Shown: piece after piece, positions 17,207 through 25,052 of the stretch | Numbering within the stretch: the stretch's first letter is position 1 | How the letters are laid out: every line of letters begins with the position of its first letter | Origin: a virus | Taxonomy: Duplodnaviria > Caudoviricetes | Length of the DNA: 43,882 nt | Virus record (IMG/VR): IMGVR_UViG_3300043415_000099 | Span: 1-43,882 of that record | Strand: one strand, 5' to 3' | Translations under genes and position numbers: made by a program | Notes under the pieces: model-generated | Told to the model about the DNA's origin: nothing | What the model saw: the letters and a program-made list of their open reading frames with translations, nothing else | Databases searched by the model: none

Positions 17207-17548
17207 TTATTTCAAAAGTTTCAGAACAGCCTCTTCATCACGCACCACGTACGCAATGCCACCAGCGGCAGCGACTTGATGCTGCCAGTTGATTTGATCA
17301 TCGCGGACTTTGCCGGTCGGTGTCTTGACTTCGATGCTGGTGAACACGGCGACGCGTTTCCCGACCATTTCAGGCGTGATCGTGATCGACTTCCAGCCGA
17401 TGAGGTCGGCAGAGCCAGGGTGAAGGCCAAACTGCACGAACCGGCCTGATTGATCTTTCAAGCCACCGCAATTATTCCGAAAAAGCTTCACGGATGGGAT
17501 GCAACCGATAGCGAGGCGTACGCGTTGAAGAATGGTGGTTTCGTTCAT
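17207..17548 (-). CDS. VRR-NUC domain nuclease
   Basis: LFRNNCG, GSADLIG, IEVKTPTGK and Q..W motifs. Confidence 0.88.
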   Translation of the reverse strand: MNETTILQRVRLAIGCIPSVKLFRNNCGGLKDQSGRFVQFGLHPGSADLIGWKSITITPEMVGKRVAVFTSIEVKTPTGKVRDDQINWQHQVAAAGGIAYVVRDEEAVLKLLK

Positions 17549-19014
17549 GCGGCGTTTTCGTTAGCTTCATGCGTGCAATATCCGCACGGTGGATGGCCTA
17601 AAAAGCAAGTACACCTTTGATTCCTGGTTTCTCTCTCTCTTTCCCTTATCTGCCGAGCGTTCCAGATCTTCTTTGCCCAGAATGTCGCATTCTTGTAACC
17701 GCGTGATTTCCCGAGTGCGACCAGCTCCGCGAAGGTGCCGATTTCAGCCTGCTCCTGCCGTCGCTGCTTGGCCATCCACGCCATATTCAGTTCAACCAGC
17801 TCTCCCTCTTGCTGTTCGATCTCACGTTTCTTCAGCTCGTACGTGTGCCCGCATTCAGGGCACGACGGCGCTGGAACGTGGCACGCGTAGCACTTAGGGC
17901 ACTGGCGTACCGGTGGCGCATCTTCATCGCTGGCCTTCTTGGATTTCTTCTTTCGACCTTCTAGCGACCACTCCCTTTCTTCTTCAGCCAGTCCATGCCG
18001 CAGGCAGTTACCGACGTGATCAAGAATGACAGCGTGCGGCTTATTTGGTGCAATGCGTAGCACGCGCCCGACCTGCTGAAGGTGCATACCAAGAGACTTC
18101 GTGGGCCTCAGTAGGATTGCAGCCGTGACGGTCGGAATGTCAAAGCCCTCGCTTATAATCTCGCAGCTCGTGAGGATCTGGATGGAGCCGTCTGCCAGCC
18201 CTCGGACACGTTTCCGGCGTTCGATTCGATCAAGGGTGCCGTCCAGTGTCGCAGCACGGTAGCCAGCGGCAGAAAATGCCTGTGCCACGTGCTCGGCATG
18301 AGCGACGGACGCACAGAACGCCACGGCAGGCGCTCCATTGCAAAGGCGCTGATAGTGAGAAACGGCGTCGCCGGTGATCGTCGGCTTGTCCATCTCTTTG
18401 GCGACTTCATCCCGCGCAAAGTCGCCACCGCGGACTTGGATGCCGTCAAGGTTGAGCTGGTTGGGTGGCGCGTAATACTTCGGCTGGCTGAGGAAGCCCT
18501 GCTCGATGAGCCAAGCCACCTCCGGCCCACGAATGAGCGTGTCAAACGTATCTGCCAAGCCTTTACCGTCGAGCCGTTCAGGTGTGGCGGTGAAGCCTAG
18601 CCTGATAGCACGAGGGAACGCTTGCAGGATCTTTCCCCAGGTGCCAGCGGCAGCATGGTGGCACTCGTCCACGATAATCACGTCAGGCGGTATCAGTCCG
18701 CTCGTGCGTCGCACCACGGTCTGCACGCTCACGACCTGCACATGCGGCAGCGGGTCAATCGGCCATCCAGCGGCGATCACGCCATGGTGGATGCCGATCT
18801 CCGTCATGGTACGGCTGGTCTGTTCAACCAGCTCGGCACGATGGACTAGAATCCAGACGCGTTTGTTTTTCTGGCCAGCCCCTTGGGCGATATGAGAAAA
18901 CATCACGGTCTTGCCCGAGCCGGTCGGAGAGACAACGAGCGGAGCACGCGCCCCTTGGCTTATCGCCTGCCGCACCTCGCCGATGATGTCCTGTTGGTAG
19001 GGTCGGAGGATCAT
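17545..19014 (-). CDS. SF2 DExH helicase with C-terminal zinc finger (RadD/YejH-like)
   Basis: LRPYQ, PTGSGKT, DECHH, TATP, QQVGRVLR and CPKC..CPECG. Start at MILRPYQ gives an ATGA overlap. Confidence 0.92.
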   Translation of the reverse strand: MILRPYQQDIIGEVRQAISQGARAPLVVSPTGSGKTVMFSHIAQGAGQKNKRVWILVHRAELVEQTSRTMTEIGIHHGVIAAGWPIDPLPHVQVVSVQTVVRRTSGLIPPDVIIVDECHHAAAGTWGKILQAFPRAIRLGFTATPERLDGKGLADTFDTLIRGPEVAWLIEQGFLSQPKYYAPPNQLNLDGIQVRGGDFARDEVAKEMDKPTITGDAVSHYQRLCNGAPAVAFCASVAHAEHVAQAFSAAGYRAATLDGTLDRIERRKRVRGLADGSIQILTSCEIISEGFDIPTVTAAILLRPTKSLGMHLQQVGRVLRIAPNKPHAVILDHVGNCLRHGLAEEEREWSLEGRKKKSKKASDEDAPPVRQCPKCYACHVPAPSCPECGHTYELKKREIEQQEGELVELNMAWMAKQRRQEQAEIGTFAELVALGKSRGYKNATFWAKKIWNARQIRERERETRNQRCTCFLGHPPCGYCTHEANENAA

Positions 19015-19229
19015 GCGACGGGGACGATGTAGGTGAAAAATATGTTGGAGCCTCTCCAATCATGTTCATGATCCCATTCTTGGTCATCGTCCGACCATGA
19101 TGTGCAAGGCGTTTGCACCCGTTCATTCATCTCGTCCGCATAACGAAAGCGCCAGCCGTCAGGCACGAGGCTTTCGTCGATGTTCTCGGGGTTGTGATAC
19201 GCTCTGAGTGTGTAGGGGTCTGTTTCCAT
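19011..19229 (-). CDS. Hypothetical protein coupled to the helicase
   Basis: 72 aa; CACACTATG start context; stop overlaps the helicase ATG. Confidence 0.65.
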   Translation of the reverse strand: METDPYTLRAYHNPENIDESLVPDGWRFRYADEMNERVQTPCTSWSDDDQEWDHEHDWRGSNIFFTYIVPVA

Positions 19230-19248
19230 AGTGTGTTTTGTTTGGTGA

Positions 19249-19326
19249 TTGCCCGCCCGCTGCTCCTTGGCTCTGTTGGCCGTTTAGAGTGCAAAGCACG
19301 GTGTTGAGTGTCTCCACTGCGGGCAA
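19249..19326 (-). ncRNA. Predicted three-way-junction structured RNA (C4-like architecture)
   Basis: P1 TTGCCCGC/GCGGGCAA; P2 AGTG-GAGA-CACT (GNRA loop); bulged P3 CCG-TGCT-TTG-CTCT / AGAG-CAA-AGCA-CGG. Fills the intergenic gap. Confidence 0.55.
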
Positions 19327-19332
19327 AAGTGT

Positions 19333-19584
19333 TTATGCAGCCTGAGGGAAGTCAGGCTTCTCAACGGTCATAAGTTGAGGCTGCAAAGGCATATTAAACG
19401 TCAAGACTTGATGCCATAGTTTGCCGGTAAATAGGACGGCAATGCGCTCCTTGAAGGAAAGAGACCAGCAAAACGCAATTCGGCCTTGAGAGTCGTTAGC
19501 AAAGCGATGAGCAGGAAGCGGCAAATATTCCGGCTGATCTTTTGCTATGATGGTTGTTTGCTCTGGAAATTGAATGAGTTTCAT
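19333..19584 (-). CDS. Conserved hypothetical phage protein
   Basis: MKLIQFPEQTTIIAKDQPEYLPLPAH...CWSLSFKERI; start placed at MKLIQ. Confidence 0.7.
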   Translation of the reverse strand: MKLIQFPEQTTIIAKDQPEYLPLPAHRFANDSQGRIAFCWSLSFKERIAVLFTGKLWHQVLTFNMPLQPQLMTVEKPDFPQAA

Positions 19585-19598
19585 TGTTTTGAGTCTTT

Positions 19599-19796
19599 TT
19601 ATGCAGCCTGAGCCATCTCGCGGGCCTTCATCGCATTCTGAACCTTCACAAGGCTCTTGATGGTCGGGCTCGACTTGCCATGCCGCCAGCGCCACCAGGT
19701 GCTTTCATCCAGCCCAGCGTCGGCGAGAAGTGAGGCCATAGAGCAGCCAATCGCGATGGCGCGTCGTTCAATATCGTTGATAATTTCTTCGGTCAT
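19599..19796 (-). CDS. Small Cro/XRE-like HTH regulator
   Basis: 65 aa, SMASLLADAGLDESTWWRWRHGKSSPT; operator O2 lies immediately upstream. Confidence 0.8.
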   Translation of the reverse strand: MTEEIINDIERRAIAIGCSMASLLADAGLDESTWWRWRHGKSSPTIKSLVKVQNAMKAREMAQAA

Positions 19797-19817
19797 ACGG
19801 TGGGGATTGTCGTTTAG

Positions 19818-19835
19818 TCTTGCGACTTTGCAAGC
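19818..19835. promoter_or_regulatory. Operator/early promoter O2 TCTTGCG-ACTT-TGCAAGC
   Basis: Minus strand TTGCAA-N16-GACAAT, then 9 nt to the HTH gene ATG. Confidence 0.75.
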
Positions 19836-19849
19836 TGTAACGCGCAAGA

Positions 19850-20236
19850 TTAAGCAAGCGGCGGCAGTTGGAACAGAAGGCCGTCGCTTGTCACTTCCGC
19901 GCCATTCAGCGGCGTCATGGACTGCACGACTGGAAAGGCCTCGACGACCATGCCGGTATATGGGATCTGCCACTCGCCACGGCCTGATTTTGAGAGACAG
20001 ATTTTCCTCGTCGCTTTGTTATGCGGAGAGGTCACCGGCGTTAGTCGGCCCATGCGCTCGGTGAGGTCACCGTCAAGGCGGAGCGGGTCATGGTTTTTAG
20101 CTTTCAGTTTCCGCATCAGGTCGGCATTGATCGAGATGCAGAGAGTAGGCGAGCCTTTGCCCTTGTTGAGGATTGAGTAACCGCAGACAACGCCGGTGAC
20201 GGCGCGTGAATTAGCTTCGAGTGGCTGGAATTTCAT
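19850..20236 (-). CDS. Hypothetical protein
   Basis: 128-aa ORF filling the space between O3 and O2. Confidence 0.65.
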   Translation of the reverse strand: MKFQPLEANSRAVTGVVCGYSILNKGKGSPTLCISINADLMRKLKAKNHDPLRLDGDLTERMGRLTPVTSPHNKATRKICLSKSGRGEWQIPYTGMVVEAFPVVQSMTPLNGAEVTSDGLLFQLPPLA

Positions 20237-20266
20237 AATTTAGTGGGGTGGCTTTGTGTAAGTTCA

Positions 20267-20284
20267 TCTTGCGAGTTTGCAAGC
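20267..20284. promoter_or_regulatory. Operator/early promoter O3 TCTTGCG-AGTT-TGCAAGC
   Basis: Intergenic copy of the palindrome. Confidence 0.75.
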
Positions 20285-20298
20285 GGGAAAAAGCACAA

Positions 20299-21924
20299 TC
20301 ACGCTAGCAGAAGGGTGGTGTTGCCGTTGCCCAGTCGCAGGTTACTGTTGAAGAACAGAGCGGCGTCTTTGTCGTTTAGCTCGGTGACAGCTTCGGCAGC
20401 GTCACGAATCCAGCCTTTAAGCCTGCCAAACTCCACGTTGAGAGCGAGGATAAATTTCTTGGCCAGCCTAAGGTGGATATTGCCGTTCTGGAAAGCACGA
20501 GCCTCGAAAAGGATCTCTGTCTTGCCTTCGGTAGTCTGGTAGTAGAATGAGCGCGGCTTGCCGGATGCCCACTTGTCACCTTTGCCGTTCAGGTGAGGAG
20601 TATCTTGGGAACTCAGGAAGCCCATGTTGTTGGCAATAGTGATCAGGTCACCGAGGAACTCGTGAGCGCGTTGCTCAAGGCCCATTTGGTTCTCCCAGGA
20701 GTAGCCGTGGCGAATTCCACCAGCTCGGTGTGTAACGATGCGATAGTCCAGAGCGTAATGGCTGTTCTGGCTTGCTTCGTCACGATAGCGCCAGCGCTCT
20801 TCAACGAATACGCGCTGATTGCTTTTATAGAGCACGACGTTGGCTTTATCGACCATCATCTCATAGGTCTCGATCAGCTGCTCCTCAATGTAGTTGTTGG
20901 CATTCTTGATGGCCCAGACCATGACTGCGTGGATGTTTGCAACGGTGAAATCCACGCTTGCATTCCGCTGAAGGGTTTCAAGGAGTGCCTTTCTGGTCTT
21001 GCTGGTCAATCGCTCGGTGATCGGCCTCATTCTGCCAAACAACTCGTGCCAGTACTCGGTGCGGAGATTGGTAAGCCGTTCTTTCAGAAGCTTCATCACG
21101 CGTGCAGGCGTCACCTCGAATTCTTTCAGGAGGTCTGCATCTAAGTCACTCATGAGCTGGTAGTTCCGCTGGATGTTTGCGAGCTCCTGCATGTAAAGCG
21201 TGACCATGGCGCTAGGGTAATCCTCGCCGATAACCAAGGAATGAAAGGGACGCTTCCGGCCACCCTGTGGACGCTTTGACTCCTCCTGCTCTTGCTTCGG
21301 TTCCTCAAATTTCTCAATCAGCGGTGCAAACTGCTCTTTAAAGAAACGGTCGAAAGCATCGTCACCGTAGCGGAAATCAATCCGCAGGAGATGGACCTTT
21401 GCCCTGGCTGCACGATCTTCAGCATCCTCAAAGTCAAAACTGCCGACGATCTCAGCTTTCGTGCGGCGATAGGCCAGCGCGTCGGCAATGGGTGTGGATC
21501 GTTCCCAGCGCTGAGGAATGACAAGGTAGGCAGTTGGAGCCGCGCATTCGCGGATGATCTTGACGACCCATGTCTCAAACTCTGAGTACGGAGGGTTACA
21601 AAATACGATGCCGACCTTTTTTGAGATCAATGACTGTTGGTGAAAGTCCGTGCCGATAACAAAGATGGACGCGTCAAGCTGCCCACAGAGCAATGGACTT
21701 TTCTCGATGGCGTAAAGCTGCCGAATTTGGCTTTCTGGCGCATCATAGATGGCCTTGAGCACTTTGCCATTGCCCGCGCCGATGTCGAGCATGGAGGTGG
21801 GTGAATCGTGCCGAGTGTAACGGCTGACGCGGATGTCATCGGCTAGCTTGCGGATGATCTCATTTGTGGTCGGGTAGAATTCGAAGTCTTGGTCTGATTC
21901 CTTGAGTTGATTGATTAGGTTCAT
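20299..21924 (-). CDS. DNA amino-methyltransferase with DUF4942-like C-terminal region
   Basis: DFEFYPT, LDIGAGNG (SAM-binding), CNPPY (catalytic) and C-terminal FQNGNIHL. Confidence 0.8.
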   Translation of the reverse strand: MNLINQLKESDQDFEFYPTTNEIIRKLADDIRVSRYTRHDSPTSMLDIGAGNGKVLKAIYDAPESQIRQLYAIEKSPLLCGQLDASIFVIGTDFHQQSLISKKVGIVFCNPPYSEFETWVVKIIRECAAPTAYLVIPQRWERSTPIADALAYRRTKAEIVGSFDFEDAEDRAARAKVHLLRIDFRYGDDAFDRFFKEQFAPLIEKFEEPKQEQEESKRPQGGRKRPFHSLVIGEDYPSAMVTLYMQELANIQRNYQLMSDLDADLLKEFEVTPARVMKLLKERLTNLRTEYWHELFGRMRPITERLTSKTRKALLETLQRNASVDFTVANIHAVMVWAIKNANNYIEEQLIETYEMMVDKANVVLYKSNQRVFVEERWRYRDEASQNSHYALDYRIVTHRAGGIRHGYSWENQMGLEQRAHEFLGDLITIANNMGFLSSQDTPHLNGKGDKWASGKPRSFYYQTTEGKTEILFEARAFQNGNIHLRLAKKFILALNVEFGRLKGWIRDAAEAVTELNDKDAALFFNSNLRLGNGNTTLLLA

Positions 21925-21962
21925 AGGTAGGGTGTTAAGTGTGGGCTGCTACCTTTGGCCAT

Positions 21963-21980
21963 CATTGCAAGTTTGCAAGC
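21963..21980. promoter_or_regulatory. Operator/early promoter O4 CATTGCA-AGTT-TGCAAGC
   Basis: Palindrome copy between the MTase gene and the divergent sRNA promoter. Confidence 0.75.
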
Positions 21981-21991
21981 TATTATTTCAC

Positions 21992-22019
21992 TTGAGCTTG
22001 AATTTTTCTCGACGACATT
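21992..22019 (+). promoter_or_regulatory. Putative plus-strand promoter TTGAGC-N16-GACATT
   Basis: Same spacing as O2 (TTGCAA-N16-GACAAT); a 6-nt gap after the -10 puts +1 at G22026, the first base of a hairpin. Confidence 0.5.
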
Positions 22020-22025
22020 AACGCC

Positions 22026-22096
22026 GGACCGTTTTCATAGGTGGTCCTAACATAGTGTGGGTCGGGTGATGGAGGGGTCCGTCACCCGACTTTTTT
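22026..22096 (+). ncRNA. Predicted trans-acting sRNA antisense to early-gene start codons
   Basis: 5' hairpin GGACCG/TGGTCC with loop TTTTCATAGG, single-stranded linker TAACATAGTGTGG, then a terminator. Both exposed parts are complementary to several early start regions. Confidence 0.6.
22061..22096 (+). terminator. Plus-strand intrinsic terminator overlapping the int stop codon
   Basis: GTCGGGTGATGGA-GGGG-TCCGTCACCCGAC-TTTTTT; the U-tract exists only on the plus strand. Confidence 0.8.
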
Positions 22097-23224
22097 ATGG
22101 GCAAATGACAAGATCGTTGCCGTTGCTCGCGATGCGTTGCGATGACCTGCACTGCCAAGGCTGTTAATGTAGCGCTCCGTCGTCGTGAGCTGCTTATGCC
22201 CGAGTAGGTCGGCAATCTCTCGCTGAGTAGCCCCAGCCGCGTGCGCGTAACTGCCGACTGTGTGCCGCAGGTCATGGATGCGGCAGCCGGTGATGCCAGC
22301 GGCTTTGCAGACGGCCCTCCATGCCTTTTGGTGTCCGCTCATCGGTCCACCGGTTCGACCTGGCAGAACGAACACGGACGAGCGCGGCAGCTCGGTGAGG
22401 ATCTGCATCACGTCCGGAGAGAGTGGCACCGTGCGAGCGCCGGTCTTGCTGCCGTCGTGCGGTATCCTGAGTGTCTGATTGATCTCATCCAGCCATGACC
22501 ACTGAGCCAGCCGCCATTCGGAGAGCCGCAGGCCGGTCAGGATTAGGAGCCTGAAAAGCGATCGGGTTGACTCCATGACGGTCGTGCAAGTCTCCAGCGC
22601 ATCAAGCAGCCGTGCGATCTCGTCGGCCTCAAGAATGCGCTCGCGGTGGTTTTCTGGGTAGTGATCGACATACCGGCAAGGGTTAGAGTGCTGAGGCCTC
22701 CAGCGCCATCTCTCAGCCAAACTCAGCGCCTTGGATAGGCAGGCCAAGACGCGGTTGGCTTGGGTCGGAGTCTCGGCCATGCCACGCCGGATCTTGAGCA
22801 CGTCCGTTTCGGTGATGTCGGCAACCACGATGTCACCGAGGCGCGGGATGATGTGCAGCCTCCATGCCGTTTCGTAGGCTTCCCTCGTCCGCGCCTTCCT
22901 CTGCTGGCAGTGCTCATCAAGCATCCTGTCGCGGAGGTCAGACAGGCGTGGCGCTTCCCTTGCTGCCGTCCGTTCCTGCTTTGGATCTCGCCCATCTTTC
23001 GCTGCCCTCTTGAGAGCCACAGCACGTTCGCGAGCTTCATCAGGGTGAAACTCGTTTGTTGTGCCGATAGTGAGCAGGCGCTCGGTGCCGGATGCTGTGC
23101 GGAAACGGACGACATAAGACCGGCGACCTGTGGTGAGAATGCGAAGGCCAAAGCCTGGGAGTTGGCTGTCCCAAGTGTAGCCCACTGGCGCGGAGTCAAC
23201 GAGACGTTTCGTGAGGCGTGGCAT
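22082..23224 (-). CDS. int: Tyrosine integrase with N-terminal arm-binding domain
   Basis: WDSQLPGFGLR arm domain; LTGLRLSE (R), SKTG (K), IHDLRHT (HxxR) and LLGH...TTERY. Confidence 0.95.
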   Translation of the reverse strand: MPRLTKRLVDSAPVGYTWDSQLPGFGLRILTTGRRSYVVRFRTASGTERLLTIGTTNEFHPDEARERAVALKRAAKDGRDPKQERTAAREAPRLSDLRDRMLDEHCQQRKARTREAYETAWRLHIIPRLGDIVVADITETDVLKIRRGMAETPTQANRVLACLSKALSLAERWRWRPQHSNPCRYVDHYPENHRERILEADEIARLLDALETCTTVMESTRSLFRLLILTGLRLSEWRLAQWSWLDEINQTLRIPHDGSKTGARTVPLSPDVMQILTELPRSSVFVLPGRTGGPMSGHQKAWRAVCKAAGITGCRIHDLRHTVGSYAHAAGATQREIADLLGHKQLTTTERYINSLGSAGHRNASRATATILSFAHKKVG

Positions 23225-23225
23225 G

Positions 23226-23846
23226 TCATGTTTTCTTCTGTTCAGGGTTTGGGATGTCGTAGCATGATGGAAGTTTAAAGCTCTTTCTTGATCCTCGGCG
23301 CATATTCCAAGTCGCTGGAAGAAGCCTCAGATTGTAATGCGCGTGAGGTCCTCCAGCTGCCAGAGGAACAATGTGATCAAGGTTCCATGCAACGCCGGTG
23401 CAATCTGAAACCCTCTTTCGTGCCTTCTCTAAGGCATCAGTGAATTTCGGGTTGTGATCTAAAGCTACAGATGATTTCACACGAGCACGGCGACGGTGAT
23501 CTTTTTCACGGTGCTTTTCAGGATGATTGGTATGGTATCTCGCTTGCGCTTGATCTCGGATTTCCTTGATGCGCTCGGGGTTGCGCTGATACCATGATTT
23601 TACCAGCTCACTGTTGCGAGCACGGTTGTTTTCTCTCCATGCCTTTTGGCTCTCTTTTACTTTATCAAGGTTGTTTTGCCTGTACTTTTTGGCGTAGGCG
23701 TTAGCCTTTGTTTTATCCACCCATTTTGCTCTGAGCTTTTTAGATCTAGCTTCAAACTCATCATGAGTAACCCATTCAAGATGACCTTGAGACAAAGCCC
23801 AGAAAACCATTCCGGCAGCGTTCTTATCGCCCCTCTTGATTTCCAT
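23226..23846 (-). CDS. HNH endonuclease
   Basis: C-terminal LDHIVPLAAGGPHAHYNLRLLPATWN after a basic helical repeat region. Start placed at MEIKR so the gene lies outside attP. Confidence 0.8.
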   Translation of the reverse strand: MEIKRGDKNAAGMVFWALSQGHLEWVTHDEFEARSKKLRAKWVDKTKANAYAKKYRQNNLDKVKESQKAWRENNRARNSELVKSWYQRNPERIKEIRDQAQARYHTNHPEKHREKDHRRRARVKSSVALDHNPKFTDALEKARKRVSDCTGVAWNLDHIVPLAAGGPHAHYNLRLLPATWNMRRGSRKSFKLPSCYDIPNPEQKKT

Positions 23847-23860
23847 AATGCATAAACCTG

Positions 23861-23881
23861 TGTCCGCAGATTGTCCGCAGA
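23861..23881. repeat. Integrase arm-type sites, left pair (TGTCCGCAGA x2)
   Basis: Tandem TGTCCGCA repeats with 11-nt period about 110 nt left of the att core; a matching pair lies on the right. Confidence 0.75.
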
Positions 23882-23993
23882 ATTCGCTTATTGGCGTGGA
23901 TTTTGTGCAATTTTCAGCAAAGCTCATATTCTGATATACTATTGATTTAGCGCGATGAATCAAGCTAGAGTTTGCTAGCAGTGGCATATACCC

Positions 23994-24043
23994 GCTGACT
24001 TTTAATCAGAGGGTCTCGGGTTCGATCCCCGACGGGCTCACCA
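23994..24043 (+). other. attP core: 3' half of tRNA-Lys(UUU)
   Basis: Anticodon arm CTGA-CTTTTAA-TCAG, T-arm TCGGG-TTCGATC-CCCGA and a CCA end; D-arm and 5' acceptor strand are absent; near int and flanked by arm repeats. Confidence 0.9.
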
Positions 24044-24057
24044 ATGAAATCAAGGGG

Positions 24058-24441
24058 TTAGACGGTTTCGGTGGGTGTGGCTGGCAGTGGCTTGTCCGCA
24101 CATTGTCCGCACTCGGCAGCGTTTGGCGTAACCGGAAGTGCGGCAGGTTGACAATCTGGGCACGCAACATGGTAAGCGCCGACATGTGGAGCATCCACGC
24201 GGCGAGTGATGCCGCCTAAGCCTTTGCACTTCTGACATTTTCTTTTCGCGGCTGAGATTAGACGGGCGCGGACGGCTTCAACGCCCTCGCTAATAGTTCG
24301 GGAGTTCAGATGTGTGCAGCGAAGGCTGTCTATTGGTATTGCCTCCATCCGCTTCACAGCCTGAGCCAGCGCTGCGTCAAGCTCTCGCCTCTCAACCAGC
24401 TCAATGAGCCGGTCGCCGTCCATGTAGGGGAAGGTTCTCAC
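24058..24441 (-). CDS. Hypothetical protein with CxxC...CxxC zinc finger
   Basis: CQKCKGLGG...CPDC; GTGA overlap with the upstream gene. Confidence 0.55.
   Translation of the reverse strand: MRTFPYMDGDRLIELVERRELDAALAQAVKRMEAIPIDSLRCTHLNSRTISEGVEAVRARLISAAKRKCQKCKGLGGITRRVDAPHVGAYHVACPDCQPAALPVTPNAAECGQCADKPLPATPTETV
24092..24112. repeat. Integrase arm-type sites, right pair (TTGTCCGCAC x2)
   Basis: Tandem TTGTCCGCAC repeats with 11-nt period about 50 nt right of the core. Confidence 0.75.
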
Positions 24442-24710
24442 GGCTTCACCTCCCGTGCTTTGATCATGGCGTCTGCGAACTTATAAGCCTCGCTTGCTGC
24501 CGCATCTCGCCATTCTGGCCCACTTCTTGCCCAGCCGTCGGCCATTGAGTAGATGGCCAGGTGACCAATAACCTTCCCTGCAAACTCGTCGCGAAGAGAC
24601 ATGCCGCCAAAGGAACCGTAGCAAGTGGTTGGCATCAACTCGCCTGTAGGTGTGAGAACCATTGGAGTTGGGTGAACGTAGCCGCCGTCGTTGATTTGTG
24701 GTGTGCTCAT
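24438..24710 (-). CDS. Conserved hypothetical phage protein
   Basis: INDGG..HP, GMSLRDEFAG and AYKFADAMIKAR pattern. Confidence 0.75.
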   Translation of the reverse strand: MSTPQINDGGYVHPTPMVLTPTGELMPTTCYGSFGGMSLRDEFAGKVIGHLAIYSMADGWARSGPEWRDAAASEAYKFADAMIKAREVKP

Positions 24711-25052
24711 TTAGTTAATGGTGAGAGGTTTCCTAGCTCTGGCGGTTACCCTGGCTGAATCGAGACAGTCACTACAGAGCGCCTTGCCTATGCGATCCTT
24801 GTTAATGCCTCCGCAGCACGTGCAAACGCCCTGAGCAATCCGTTCCTGCCGGTACTTCCTGAGATATGCCGAGAAGTCCTCGGTGATCTTCAGCGTCTTG
24901 TATGGCCCGCGCTTGGTTGGCACTGGCTTTGTAATCTTGGTCGGATCTGCGCTTGTGAGCTTCGCACGCACGGCTTTGATTTTGTGCTCGTCGGTCATTT
25001 CACGAGACGTGATGATGCCGCGAAGGATTTGGACTAGTTTGGTGGGGTTCAT
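24711..25052 (-). CDS. Hypothetical protein with C-terminal zinc finger
   Basis: Start at MNPTK gives an ATGA overlap; GVCTCCG...LCSDC. Confidence 0.6.
   Translation of the reverse strand: MNPTKLVQILRGIITSREMTDEHKIKAVRAKLTSADPTKITKPVPTKRGPYKTLKITEDFSAYLRKYRQERIAQGVCTCCGGINKDRIGKALCSDCLDSARVTARARKPLTIN

Noticed and set aside
22018-22053. Minus-strand 11-codon ORF MLGPPMKTVRR with an early-type start context
   Set aside because: It is very short, and the plus-strand promoter, hairpin and terminator explain the segment better. It is kept as the main alternative to the sRNA model.
23847-23987. N-terminal extensions given by the ORF track (HNH to 23987; also 12769, 19059, 19695, 19973, 25217, 27368)
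   Set aside because: They overlap att arms, cos, operators or neighbouring genes; downstream ATGs give clean coupling.
23994-24043. Functional phage tRNA-Lys gene
   Set aside because: The upstream sequence supplies no D-arm or 5' acceptor strand complementary to GGGCTC; it is an att core.
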